Below are positions 63,944-64,000 of a stretch of DNA of 64,000 nt, in pieces. The translations under genes were made by a program, and so were the position numbers. The stretch comes from Macrostomum lignano (Eukaryota), in NCBI GenBank assembly GCA_002269645.1, contig NIVC01001383.1, positions 1 to 64,000 on the forward strand. The letters are read 5' to 3'. The notes beneath the pieces are model-generated. The model made no database searches and had not been told where the DNA came from. It saw only the letters and a list, made by a program, of their open reading frames with translations. Every line of letters begins with the position of its first letter. The stretch's first letter is position 1.

Positions 63944-64000
63944 GGTTGATTGAACACTTTCTTCTTCTACCATAGACAAAACGTGTCCCGCTAATACAGG

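Overview
Animal genomic DNA. The repeat-stuffed introns and Ala/Gln/Gly-rich exons resemble an invertebrate such as a free-living flatworm, but the host is not verifiable here. Bases 1-14692 are an essentially complete Polinton/Maverick (adintovirus-like) endogenous DNA virus. It has matching terminal inverted repeats (the right end finishes ...TATACTACT) and co-oriented genes for dUTPase, a parvovirus-type PLA2, packaging ATPase, minor and major capsid proteins, a chromodomain integrase, core-like proteins and an adenain protease. Four features are unusual. (1) It keeps only the N-terminal (terminal-protein-like) part of the protein-primed polymerase, and no polymerase domain is visible. (2) It encodes a divergent two-repeat TBP-like protein. 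(3) A TATAAG(C) motif lies upstream of eight of the nine ORFs from PLA2 to the protease (all but the ATPase), five at about 45-64 bp from the ATG; together with (2) this suggests an element-encoded TBP/variant-TATA late-transcription system. (4) It carries intron-containing genes, one resembling a T7-type SSB. The rest is host DNA: a 16-exon KIF28/KLP-6-like kinesin-3 gene ending in a K-Ras-like CaaX box, a convergent low-complexity gene, intronless DCTN6, the 5' three exons of GMPPA, and an antisense gene for a giant coiled-coil protein with 32-aa repeats. There are also SINEs, two MITEs, an 18S rRNA fragment and more than 20 distinct mini/microsatellites. Protein assignments rest on recalled motifs, not database searches.
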